A stretch of DNA of 64,000 nt from positions 25,808 to 89,807 of the forward strand of contig CAVTHK010000008.1 in the NCBI GenBank assembly GCA_963734495.1, given 5' to 3'. The DNA is from an uncultured Spirochaetota bacterium. Lineage in GTDB: Bacteria > Spirochaetota > Spirochaetia > SZUA-6 > CAVTHK01. The position numbers and the translations under genes were made by a program. Positions 1 through 8,725 of this stretch are shown here, piece by piece; position 1 is the first letter of the stretch, and every line of letters begins with the position of its first letter. The notes beneath the pieces were generated by a model that worked only from the letters and a program-made list of their open reading frames with translations, made no database searches and was not told where the DNA came from.

Positions 1-517
1 TGTCCTTCGAGTAGGCCTCGCGGCGGGCCTCGGTGTCCATCTGGGAGAGGACGAAGCCGACGCTCACGCCGAGCATTTCGTAGATCGGGCCCATCCATCC
101 GGCGTCGCGCTCCGCCAGATAGTCGTTGACCGTGACGATGTGGACGCCGAGCCCGGGCAGCGAGTTGAGAAAGGCGGAGGCCACGCTGCAGATGGTCTTG
201 CCCTCGCCCGTCTTCATCTCGGTGATGCTTCCCCGGTGGAGGGCGACCGCGCCCATCAGCTGGACGTCAAAGGTGCGCTCGCCGAGGACCCTGCGGCCCG
301 CCTCGCGCGCCATCGCGTACGCCTCGGGGAGGAGGTCGTCGAGCGAGGCCCCGGCGGCCAGGCGCTCCTTGAGCCGCGCGGTCTCCTCGCGGAACGCGCC
401 GTCGGGGAGCCCGAGGTACCTGGACTCGAGGGCGTTGATCCTGCGGACGATAGGGATGAACGACTTGGCGTCGCGGCTGCGCTTGGTCCCGACGAGTCGC
501 TCGATCATCTGGAGCAT
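1..517 (-). CDS. secA: Preprotein translocase ATPase SecA, N-terminal part (runs off window start)
   Basis: Manual minus-strand translation: MLQMIERLVGTK...FDVQLMGAVALHRGSITEMKTGEGKT...VHIVTVNDYLAERDAGWMGPIY, canonical SecA motifs. Confidence 0.95.
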   Translation of the reverse strand, partial: MLQMIERLVGTKRSRDAKSFIPIVRRINALESRYLGLPDGAFREETARLKERLAAGASLDDLLPEAYAMAREAGRRVLGERTFDVQLMGAVALHRGSITEMKTGEGKTICSVASAFLNSLPGLGVHIVTVNDYLAERDAGWMGPIYEMLGVSVGFVLSQMDTEARREAYSKD

Positions 518-523
518 GGGTAC

Positions 524-576
524 AGTGTACCCTCGCCCCGCAAACGTTGACAAGCTCGGGCCGCGGCGACTACACT
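524..576. promoter_or_regulatory. Overlapping divergent sigma70-type promoters (secA on -, lipoprotein operon on +)
   Basis: + strand TTGACA(547-552)-N18-TACACT(571-576); - strand TTGTCA(553-548)-N18-TACACT(529-524). Confidence 0.55.
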
Positions 577-646
577 CGTCGCGCACATGCACGCGCCGGG
601 ACTGCACTCGGGGGCCGGGGACGGCCGGAGGCCGTCGCCCGCGGGA

Positions 647-1864
647 ATGCGGGCGCGCGTCCTTCTCTTGACCGCAATGGCGGCCGCCTTCGTGTCCTGC
701 ACAAAGATCTCCACGCCGACTCTCCCGCGGGAAGAGCTGTTCTCGCTGGGCCTCGGCAACATGGAGAACCAGATCGACCTCTTCATGGTCGACGGCCGCC
801 CCCTCAACAGGAGCAACCTGATCTACGTCAAGGGCGGAAGGATCTACATCGTCAACGGGAACGCCTCCAAGATCATGGAGTTCACCCCGTTCGGCGACCT
901 GGTCTTCCTGCTCTACAACGCGGACGTCAACCCGCAGCCCGTCATCCTCAAGCCGGCCGCGGCCGGCGCCGACGAGCCCAACCGCCGCGCGCAGGGCTAC
1001 GCGCTCGCCGACCCCGGGGTGATGGCCGTCGACGGCGAGAAGCGGCTGTACGTCGAGGACCGCGTCGGCCCTCTGCAGGGCCGCTTCGACGAGAGCACGG
1101 GGACGACGCACTACGCCCACGTCCTGCGGTTCGACCGCGACGGGAAGCTGATCGACTACCTGGGCCAGGAGGGGGTGGGGGGGACCCCCTTCCCGTTCAT
1201 CGACGCCATCCGCATCACCGCGCACGACGAGCCGGTGGTCGTCTGCCGCGTGCCCCCGGCCCGCTGGATCGTCTACTGGTTCACCAAGGAGGGCTCGCTT
1301 CTCTACCGCGTGGAGTTCGACCGCGACTACCTGCCCGCCCCGCAGGACACGCTCCCGTTCCTGGAGGGGATCTTCGCGGACTATTCCCGCCGCGAGCTCC
1401 TGCTCGCCGTGAGCTACTACAGGGAAGAGATCAACGCGTCCACCCGCACGCCCGAGACGTGGCTGCACGTCGGGACGCGGATCCACCGTTTCGACATCGC
1501 CAAGGCGGAGTACGTCGGTCAGGTCGACGTCCCCGACGCCGGCGTGCGGCGCGAGCGGGTCGGGGCTTCCGAGCTGGAGATCCCGTCTCCGCCTTACGAG
1601 TTCCTCGGCAATACCCGCAACGGCTACCTGTTCTTCCTCAAGCCCGAGGAGGCCAACACCTACCGGCTCCTCGTCCTGGACGCGAGGGGCCGGGAGCATG
1701 CCCGGCGCCTCATCACGGTCGAGGACCAGGAGCTTTCCTTCAAGAAACTTACCCTCTCCGAGGAAGGCGTGCTCGCGGGTCTGCTCGGCCTCAATGACGG
1801 GGCGCGGGTCGTCTGGTGGCGGGCGGACCGGCTCGTCGAAGGTGCGGGGGATGCGCGTCGTTAG
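647..1864 (+). CDS. Conserved hypothetical lipoprotein, beta-propeller-like
   Basis: MRARVLLLTAMAAAFVSC lipobox-like N-terminus; GC3-biased coding frame; first gene of an operon with nnr. Confidence 0.7.
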   Translation: MRARVLLLTAMAAAFVSCTKISTPTLPREELFSLGLGNMENQIDLFMVDGRPLNRSNLIYVKGGRIYIVNGNASKIMEFTPFGDLVFLLYNADVNPQPVILKPAAAGADEPNRRAQGYALADPGVMAVDGEKRLYVEDRVGPLQGRFDESTGTTHYAHVLRFDRDGKLIDYLGQEGVGGTPFPFIDAIRITAHDEPVVVCRVPPARWIVYWFTKEGSLLYRVEFDRDYLPAPQDTLPFLEGIFADYSRRELLLAVSYYREEINASTRTPETWLHVGTRIHRFDIAKAEYVGQVDVPDAGVRRERVGASELEIPSPPYEFLGNTRNGYLFFLKPEEANTYRLLVLDARGREHARRLITVEDQELSFKKLTLSEEGVLAGLLGLNDGARVVWWRADRLVEGAGDARR

Positions 1865-3347
1865 CTCGGCCGAGATGGCCGAGATCGACCGGTTGACGCA
1901 GGCGGAGTACTCGATCCCCGGGATCGTCCTGATGGAAAACGCGGGCGCGAATGCCTTTCGAGCCCTGCTCGACCAAGGCCTGCGCGAGCCGGTCGTCTTC
2001 GCGGCCGGTAAAGGGAACAACGGCGGCGACGCTTTCGTGATGGCGCGCCACGCGCAGCTCGCCGGGATCAAGCGGCTCGCCGTCATCCTCGCGGCCGGGA
2101 GGCCGCGCGAAGGCAGCGAGCCCGCGCTCAACCTGGCCTCCTGCAGAGCTCTCGGCATCGGCGTCATCGGTTTCGAGGAACGGGCGGCCCGGGCCCGGCT
2201 GCAGGAAGCGGCGTGGATCGTGGACGGCGTCGCGGGCACGGGGCTCACCGGCCCTCTGCGCGCTCCGCTCGACCGGGTCGTGCGGGCCATCAACCGCGCG
2301 CCGGGAAAGAGGGCGGCGGTCGACGTTCCCAGCGGCCTGCGCGACGGCTGGGTCGCGGCGGAGCCCGTGGTTCACGCGGACGTCACCCTGACCATGGGGC
2401 TTCCCAAGCGCTGCCTGTACCTGCCGCAGGCCCGCGCTCTCTGCGGCAGGATACGCGTCGTCGACGTCGGTTTTCCCCCCGCGCTCCTGGAGGCGGCCCA
2501 CCTGCGGGGCGAGCTGCTCGCCGCGGCCGACCTGGATCGCCTCGTTCCGCCGCTCGCGCCCGACACGTACAAGAACCGGCGCGGTCACCTCGCGGTGTTC
2601 GCCGGCTCCCCCGGCACCACCGGCGCGGCGTGGCTTGCGGCTCACGCGGCGGCGCGATCGCGGACCGGGCTCGTGACGTTGTACGCGCATCCGGAGATCT
2701 ACGCCGCGGTCGCCGGCGGGTACAGCTCCGTGATGGTGCGCCGCGGCACGCCGACCGCTCTGGAGCTGGCCCGCCACACCGCCTTCGTGGCGGGTCCGGG
2801 GTGGGGGACGACGCAAGAGCGCAGGTCGGAGCTGGCGCTGCTGCTGCGGAGTCCGCTCCCGGGCGTCATCGACGCGGACGCCCTTGCTCTTGCGGCGGAC
2901 ATCCTGGCGAGGGACGGCGTCGCTCCCGGCGGGAACCGCGTGCTGACGCCTCACCCCGGCGAGGCCGCGCGCGTCCTCGACTGCCCGGTCGCGGACGTCC
3001 TGCGCGACCCTCTCGCGGCGCTCGAGGAGGCGGAAAAGAGGCTCGGCTGCGTGATCGTGCTCAAGGGGCACGTGACGACGGTCTGGTCTCCGGGCGGCCG
3101 CTTTGCAGTGCTCGACGGCATGAACGCCGCGCTGGCGACGGGAGGCAGCGGCGACGTGCTCGCCGGAACGATCGGCGGGCTGCTCGCGAGCGGCCTCACG
3201 GCCGAGGCCGCCGCCCGAGCCGGGGTGCTGGCGCATTCGGTGGCGGCCTTCCGCGCGGCAAAGGCGCGCGGGCTCTTCCTTTCGGAGGACCTGTTGCCGT
3301 TTCTCTCGCGCGTCTTCGCGCCGCGGCCTGACCGGAGGCAGCCGTGA
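1851..3347 (+). CDS. nnr: Bifunctional NAD(P)H-hydrate epimerase/dehydratase (YjeF/Nnr)
   Basis: LMENAG, GKGNNGGD, VDVPSG, GPGWG, DADAL, LTPHPGEA, LATGGSGDVLAG motifs. Confidence 0.93.
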   Translation: MRVVSSAEMAEIDRLTQAEYSIPGIVLMENAGANAFRALLDQGLREPVVFAAGKGNNGGDAFVMARHAQLAGIKRLAVILAAGRPREGSEPALNLASCRALGIGVIGFEERAARARLQEAAWIVDGVAGTGLTGPLRAPLDRVVRAINRAPGKRAAVDVPSGLRDGWVAAEPVVHADVTLTMGLPKRCLYLPQARALCGRIRVVDVGFPPALLEAAHLRGELLAAADLDRLVPPLAPDTYKNRRGHLAVFAGSPGTTGAAWLAAHAAARSRTGLVTLYAHPEIYAAVAGGYSSVMVRRGTPTALELARHTAFVAGPGWGTTQERRSELALLLRSPLPGVIDADALALAADILARDGVAPGGNRVLTPHPGEAARVLDCPVADVLRDPLAALEEAEKRLGCVIVLKGHVTTVWSPGGRFAVLDGMNAALATGGSGDVLAGTIGGLLASGLTAEAAARAGVLAHSVAAFRAAKARGLFLSEDLLPFLSRVFAPRPDRRQP

Positions 3348-3820
3348 GCGACGACCTGAACTTCCACTACAAGCGCGACGAGCGCCTCTCGATGCGCAGC
3401 GCGCCGCAGCCTCGCGCCGAGGGCGGAGGCCCCATCCGCCGCCGCGGCATCCCCATCCTGTTCGTCGGGGTCCTGATCGCCATCGTGCTGGTCCTCCAGC
3501 GCCATCCGCCCGCGGCGGGGCCCTACCGCGCCGAGCTCGCGGGGTGCCAGGTCACGCTGACCGCGATCGCGGCCGGCGACGACGTCATCGCCGCGCTCGA
3601 GCTCAAGGGCGGCGCGAGCGTCGCGGCCGGCGAGCGGCTGTTCGCAATCTTCCGCGCCGGCGAAGCGGAGCTGCGCCTCTCCGAAATGCTGCCCGCAGCC
3701 GGGCGCTCGGTCACCCTCGACGGCCGCATCATCGGGGCCGGGGCCGCGCGCGAAGTGGTCGTCGAGGTGACGGCGGGCGGCAAGACCGCCGTGCTGCGCC
3801 GAGCCCTCGAGCGCGGCTGA
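3344..3820 (+). CDS. Hypothetical single-TM protein
   Basis: GTGA overlap with nnr stop; one hydrophobic segment. Confidence 0.6.
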   Translation: MSDDLNFHYKRDERLSMRSAPQPRAEGGGPIRRRGIPILFVGVLIAIVLVLQRHPPAAGPYRAELAGCQVTLTAIAAGDDVIAALELKGGASVAAGERLFAIFRAGEAELRLSEMLPAAGRSVTLDGRIIGAGAAREVVVEVTAGGKTAVLRRALERG

Positions 3821-3898
3821 GGCGCGCGGCCGCGCGCGCGGTTGACGCGGCCCTTGGCCGGGGCGTATTCTCGCATCGCTCGCGACCCGGAGGGGGGA

Positions 3899-4306
3899 AT
3901 GCTCCAGTTCTATGCGCTGTCCGTGTTCGCCAACATCCTCACGGGGCTGATCGTGGCCTCCGACGCGACCGAAGGCAAGGGGTTTCTCGGCCAGCTGCGA
4001 AAGCTGTTCGAGGAGAACAGCCTCAAGTTCGGCCTCGGGCTCGCTTCGCTCGTGATCGCCTTCTTCAAGCTCCTGAGCCCCATCGAGGGTGACGTGCCCG
4101 TCATCGGCGATCTCCTGCCCGCCGTCGCGGGCCTCGCGACCGGGGCGATCCTGCTGTTCGACTTCTTCCGCGGCTCTTCCGACATCAAGAGCTCGACGGT
4201 CGACAAGCTCGAGACCGGGATCCTCTCCTACCGCAGGTACATCGGCATCGGCGCCGCAGTGACGGGGCTCCTTCATTTTCTCATTCCGACGGTCCCCATC
4301 TTCTAG
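3899..4306 (+). CDS. Hypothetical 4-TM membrane protein
   Basis: GGAGG RBS, upstream TTGACG-N18-TATTCT promoter (3842-3871), hydrophobic helices. Confidence 0.75.
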   Translation: MLQFYALSVFANILTGLIVASDATEGKGFLGQLRKLFEENSLKFGLGLASLVIAFFKLLSPIEGDVPVIGDLLPAVAGLATGAILLFDFFRGSSDIKSSTVDKLETGILSYRRYIGIGAAVTGLLHFLIPTVPIF

Positions 4307-5053
4307 GTGAGCCGGCGCGTCCTCTTCCTCGATTTCGACGGGGTGATCTGCGACTCGATCGACGAGTGCTTCGTGAGCTCCTGGCTCGCGTACCATCGGC
4401 GGCCCGGCAGCCGGCAGCCGTCGAGCCTCGCCATCGGGCTGCGCAGGCGGTTCGCGGAGATGCGGCCCTTTATCCGCTCGGGCGAGGATTACGTCGTCAT
4501 CCAGCGGCTGCTGGCCGAGGGGCGGGTCGTGTCGACCCAGGCGGAGTTCGACGCCGCGCTCGCGGCCGAGGGCGGGATGGGCCGGCTCAAGGAGGAGTTC
4601 TACGCCGCGCGCGGGGGCCTTCTGGAGAGCGACCGTGCCTACTGGCTGTCGTTGAACCGGGTGTACCCGGAGGTGCGAAGCCCGCTGGCCAGGATTGCGG
4701 ACAGGGATGACGTGCGAGTCCTCTCGACGAAGAAGAGCGAGTTCATCGTGGAGATCCTCGCGGCCAACGGCATCTCGATGCCCATCGATCGCGTGATCTA
4801 CACCGGTTCGCGGACCAAGGCGGAGATCATCGTTGCGATGCTGTCGCCGGCCGACCGGGCCCTGCTCGTCGACGACCAGATCGACCACCTGGTCGCCTGC
4901 AGGGACCCGCGCGTGGAGGTGCGGCTCGCGCTGTGGGGCTACATCAGACCGGAGTGGCCCGGGCAGCACCCCGAGGTCCCGGCCGTCGGTCTCGATGCGC
5001 TCGAGGCGCTGCTCGCGCCCTGGCTCACTCGCCCTCGGCCAGCAGGTGCATGA
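4307..5053 (+). CDS. HAD-superfamily hydrolase
   Basis: N-terminal LDFDGVICDS motif I; LLVDD motif IV. Confidence 0.85.
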   Translation: MSRRVLFLDFDGVICDSIDECFVSSWLAYHRRPGSRQPSSLAIGLRRRFAEMRPFIRSGEDYVVIQRLLAEGRVVSTQAEFDAALAAEGGMGRLKEEFYAARGGLLESDRAYWLSLNRVYPEVRSPLARIADRDDVRVLSTKKSEFIVEILAANGISMPIDRVIYTGSRTKAEIIVAMLSPADRALLVDDQIDHLVACRDPRVEVRLALWGYIRPEWPGQHPEVPAVGLDALEALLAPWLTRPRPAGA

Positions 5054-5474
5054 GCTCTTCCTCGGACACGACCGGCCCGCCCTCTTCCCGCCCGCGCGAC
5101 GTCTCCGCGACCTGGTAGTCGAGCTCGCGCTCCATCTCCCGCAGAGTCTCGCGCATGCGCTGGTACCGGGGGCCCTGTTCGGCGAGCGCGGCGGACATCG
5201 GGGAGCGGTCGGCGAGGATCGTCTCCAGAACGTCGAGGATGAGGACGGCGAGGGATCGCAGGTCGATCAGCACCTGCAGCCGTTCCTTCCGGAAGGAGCT
5301 TTCCTTGAGCGCCCGGAAGATCCGGCCTGCGGTCGTTGCGACGAAATGGATCTCCCGGTCTATGTACTCCGCGAACAGGTCGGGGTCGACAGCCCGGCCG
5401 AGGTTGCGGATGAGCGCGCCGACCTGAGCATGGAGGTAGAGGATGTCGGCTGCGAAATTGACTTTCTTGGGCAT
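5025..5474 (-). CDS. Hypothetical helical protein
   Basis: MPKKVNFAADILYL... protein-like composition ending VVSEEELMHLLAEGE; start chosen at ATG 5474. Confidence 0.7.
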   Translation of the reverse strand: MPKKVNFAADILYLHAQVGALIRNLGRAVDPDLFAEYIDREIHFVATTAGRIFRALKESSFRKERLQVLIDLRSLAVLILDVLETILADRSPMSAALAEQGPRYQRMRETLREMERELDYQVAETSRGREEGGPVVSEEELMHLLAEGE

Positions 5475-5776
5475 CCCTTTTAATGGTCGGATGGTCTCCT
5501 CGTTCGCTTGACGCTGCACCGGCGCTCGCGGGCGTTCGGGACGCGTGGCGCAGGGCGCAGCGCGGGGCGCGGCAGGGCACAGGGGGCGGGGCCCGCGGGG
5601 AGACAGGCGCGAGCGAGTCCGGGGGGCGGACGATGGGGCGGCGGGCGCCTTGCGGGCCGACCCAGCCGGCCTTTGCCCCGTGGCGTCGATGAGAAGCGCC
5701 GCGACGGGGGTGTGCCCTGCGAAAGGCAAGGGATCCATCGGACGCGTTCATTGATGAGATGATGCGTCACGTCACC

Positions 5777-5806
5777 TTGACACTCGCCGCGCCGCCGCGT
5801 TATGGT
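5777..5806 (+). promoter_or_regulatory. sigma70-type promoter of rpsF operon
   Basis: TTGACA(5777-5782)-N18-TATGGT(5801-5806). Confidence 0.55.
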
Positions 5807-5811
5807 CTTTC

Positions 5812-5863
5812 ATACCTCTTCATTCGCCGCGCGAACGTGGCGGATCGTAAGGCCAGGGGGAGG
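5812..5863 (+). ncRNA. Putative S6:S18 ribosomal protein leader (cis-regulatory RNA)
   Basis: CCTCT can pair with the SD-containing GGGGGAGG; inner stem CGCCGC/GTGGCG; internal-loop CCA (CCR) directly upstream of rpsF. Confidence 0.55.
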
Positions 5864-5869
5864 AACCCG

Positions 5870-6193
5870 TTGTACACGTACGAGGCAGTCTTCATCTATC
5901 CGTCCGGCGCCGACAAACTGGTGTCCGGAAAAGAGGCGGTCGCCCAGGAGTTCGCCACGGCCGGCGTCAAGGTCCTCAGCGAAGAGGACATGGCCGAACG
6001 TGATCTGGCGTACCCGATCCAGGGCAGCGACCGCGGTCACTACATCCTCTACAACGTAGAGGCGCCGGACCAGGCGATCGGGAACCTCGAAAAAGTCCTC
6101 AGGATCAAGTCGGGCATCCTCAGATTCCACTTCTACAGGCAGGACTTGCGCATACGGCAGCCCAAGGCCGCCGCAGCAGCAGCCAAGACCTGA
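5870..6193 (+). CDS. rpsF: 30S ribosomal protein S6
   Basis: YEAVFI...RDLAYPI...GHYILYNV...ILR; TTG start after GGAGG; rpsF-ssb-rpsR order. Confidence 0.92.
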   Translation: MYTYEAVFIYPSGADKLVSGKEAVAQEFATAGVKVLSEEDMAERDLAYPIQGSDRGHYILYNVEAPDQAIGNLEKVLRIKSGILRFHFYRQDLRIRQPKAAAAAAKT

Positions 6194-6197
6194 CGCC

Positions 6198-6677
6198 ATG
6201 GCCGACATCAACCGTGTCATCATCGTCGGGCGGCTGACGAGGGACGCCGAGCTCAAGTACACTTCGGGGGGCTCCCCCGTGGCGAAGTTCGGCCTCGCGG
6301 TGAATCGCCGGCGCAAGGTCGGCGACCAGTGGGAAGAGGAAGCCAACTTCTTCGACGTCGTCGTCTGGGGGCGGACCGCAGAGGCGCTCAACCAGTACCT
6401 CGTCAAAGGCAAGCAGATCGGGGTCGAAGGCGAGCTCCGCCAGGATCGCTGGGAGCAGGACGGCCAGAAGCGCAGCCGAGTCGAGATCGTCGCCAGCAAC
6501 ATCATGCTCCTCGGCGGCAGGGGCGGCGAGGGCGGGCCTGGTCCGTCGAGCCCCGGCGGGCCCGGAGGCCAGGGAGGCCAGGGAGGCCCGGCGGGACCCG
6601 CCCGCGGCGGCGGAGCGGCCGGCGGTCCTGCGGGCCACGAGGGCCAGGACGATTTCGAGGACGATATCCCATTCTGA
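6198..6677 (+). CDS. ssb: Single-stranded DNA-binding protein
   Basis: INRVIIVGRLTRDAEL OB fold; C-terminal DDIPF. Confidence 0.97.
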   Translation: MADINRVIIVGRLTRDAELKYTSGGSPVAKFGLAVNRRRKVGDQWEEEANFFDVVVWGRTAEALNQYLVKGKQIGVEGELRQDRWEQDGQKRSRVEIVASNIMLLGGRGGEGGPGPSSPGGPGGQGGQGGPAGPARGGGAAGGPAGHEGQDDFEDDIPF

Positions 6678-6728
6678 TTCCGACGGCCGCGCCCCCGTTG
6701 TCCGGCTGCGCGGCCAGCAGGAGGACAC

Positions 6729-7148
6729 GTGTCTGACGACAGCAACAGGGTCGAGCCCGGCGAGGCGACAAGCAGGCGGACCGAGTCGGCCCCGGACGTT
6801 CCGGCCGACCGGCCGGCGCCGAGGCGCAGCGAAGATTCCGACGAAGGCGGGCGCGAGGACGACCGCAGGGAGCGGGGCGGACCTGGCGGCGGCAGGGACG
6901 AGCGCCGCGGCGGTCGGGGGGGCGGCGGCCGCTACCGGGTCTTTTTCCGCAAGAAGGTCTGCCGGTTCTGCAAGGGCCGGGTGAGCATCGACTATCTCGA
7001 TGCTGCCGCGCTGCGCCGCTTCACGACGGAGCGGGGCAAGATCCTGCCGGGCCGCATGACCGGAACCTGCGCCAAGCACCAGCGCGTGCTCGCCCGCGCC
7101 ATCAAGAGGGCACGCTCCCTCGCGATGCTCCCGTTCGTCGCGAGGTAG
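6729..7148 (+). CDS. rpsR: 30S ribosomal protein S18 (zinc-binding type) with long N-terminal extension
   Basis: RKKVCRFC...IDY...[26 protein letters not shown]. Confidence 0.95.
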   Translation: MSDDSNRVEPGEATSRRTESAPDVPADRPAPRRSEDSDEGGREDDRRERGGPGGGRDERRGGRGGGGRYRVFFRKKVCRFCKGRVSIDYLDAAALRRFTTERGKILPGRMTGTCAKHQRVLARAIKRARSLAMLPFVAR

Positions 7149-7163
7149 CGGGCCGCGACGGAA

Positions 7164-8279
7164 ATGGAGAACCGAGCGCGGGTCTGGCTCCGGCTCCTCG
7201 GACGCGCCGCCCTGGCGGTGGCGGCCTACCACGCGGGGATCGTCGTCGCGTTCGCGTACATGGTCGCATCGCGGTCCACGCTGGTGCAGGTCCCGCTTCA
7301 CTTCGCTTTCCTGCTGGTCCCGCTGCAGGTGGTCTACCGGCGCAGCGGGCCGCGGGACTTCCTCAGGGTGAGCGCGCTCGCCGTGCTCGTCCTGGCCGCG
7401 CTGCGCGTGGCGCTCGCGGCGAGCGCGCTGCGCGAGCTCGCGGCGGCGGGGCCGCAGAGCGAGATCGAGCGCGTGGTCCTCGCGCCGCTGCCCGGGGTGG
7501 TCTTTCCCCTGGTCGCGATCGAGCTCCTGACGGTGATCGCGCTCCTCGCCGGGCTCGTCTGGGTGAACATCTACGGGCCCGCGGTGCTGCGCTGGCGCAC
7601 GATCTACCTCGCGCTCGCGGCGACCGCCTGCTCGGCCGTCGTCGCGCTCGGGGCGATCGCGGCCCTGGCGGGCAATCACGCGTTCGTGGAGAGCATGAAG
7701 CTGCTCTTCGCCAACGTGATGGATCTGTTCTCAAAGGCGGCCGCGCAGGCCGACGCGACCCTGCCGAAGCTGCCGGGCGCCGACGAGATGCTGCGGACGT
7801 TCTGGGACTACCTGTTCGGAAGCTTCGTGTTCGGGTACTTCCTGAACCTGGCGGGCTCCTGGTACGTCGGCGGGCGGATCGGCAGCCGCAACCGGTTCGC
7901 CGAAGGCGCGAAGCTGCAGGCCTTTCAGCTGCCCGACCTGATGGTCTGGCCGCTGATAGCGAGCTGGTCGGTGGTGCTGCTCGGCCGCTTCGCGACGCTC
8001 GGCTGGCTGCGAGCCTTCGCGCTGAACGCCGGCCTGATCCTGCTCGCGCTGTACGCGGTGCAGGGGCTGGCCGTCATCGAGACGCTCCTCGCGCGCAGCC
8101 GTCGCGGGCCCGAAGGGGGCAGGCGGCTGCTGGTCATGGGCCTGCTGGTCGCTCTGGTCGTCCCGGTCCTGACCGTGGTCGCGATGGTCGTCGTACCCCT
8201 TGTTGGGGTGTCGGAGATATGGATAAAATACCGGATCGAGAGGAAGGAAGGGACCGATGAAGGTCAAGGTGATTCTTAG
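7164..8279 (+). CDS. DUF2232/YybS-like polytopic membrane protein
   Basis: Multiple TM helices, FQLPD...QGLAV pattern, conserved position between rpsR and rplI. Confidence 0.75.
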   Translation: MENRARVWLRLLGRAALAVAAYHAGIVVAFAYMVASRSTLVQVPLHFAFLLVPLQVVYRRSGPRDFLRVSALAVLVLAALRVALAASALRELAAAGPQSEIERVVLAPLPGVVFPLVAIELLTVIALLAGLVWVNIYGPAVLRWRTIYLALAATACSAVVALGAIAALAGNHAFVESMKLLFANVMDLFSKAAAQADATLPKLPGADEMLRTFWDYLFGSFVFGYFLNLAGSWYVGGRIGSRNRFAEGAKLQAFQLPDLMVWPLIASWSVVLLGRFATLGWLRAFALNAGLILLALYAVQGLAVIETLLARSRRGPEGGRRLLVMGLLVALVVPVLTVVAMVVVPLVGVSEIWIKYRIERKEGTDEGQGDS

Positions 8280-8715
8280 CCAGGACATACTGAACTTGGG
8301 CGAAGAGGGCGATGTCCGCGAGGTTGCAGCCGGCTACGCCCGCAACTACCTCTTTCCGAAGAAGCTGGCCATGGCCCACACGCACAAGGCCCTGCAGCTC
8401 TTCGAGAGCCGCCGGGCGCACATCGAGACGCGCAAGGAGGCCAAGCGGAGCGAGGCGTCAGGGCTGGCCGAGAAGCTCAGCGCGGAAGAGCTCAAGTTCG
8501 TGATGCCGGCGGGCGAGAACGGCAAGCTGTTCGGGAGCGTCAGCGCCGCGATGATCGGCGACGAGCTCGGCAAGCGCGGCTATCAAATCGAGCGGAAGCG
8601 GATCGAAGTTCCGGACAACCACATTCGACAGGTCGGCTCCCACACGGTCAAGATCAAGCTGTACGGCCAGCAGGAAGCGCCCGTCAAGGTGGTGGTGGAA
8701 GCGGCCGCTCCCTAA
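8257..8715 (+). CDS. rplI: 50S ribosomal protein L9
   Basis: MKVKVIL..DI.NLG.EGD..EVAAGYARNYLFP; GKLFGSV. Confidence 0.97.
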   Translation: MKVKVILSQDILNLGEEGDVREVAAGYARNYLFPKKLAMAHTHKALQLFESRRAHIETRKEAKRSEASGLAEKLSAEELKFVMPAGENGKLFGSVSAAMIGDELGKRGYQIERKRIEVPDNHIRQVGSHTVKIKLYGQQEAPVKVVVEAAAP

Positions 8716-8725
8716 GGGTCCGCGG

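Noticed and set aside
5480-5770. Riboswitch or ncRNA in the GC-rich gap upstream of the rpsF promoter
   Set aside because: Hairpins are possible but no recognisable conserved motif; high GC makes chance stems likely.
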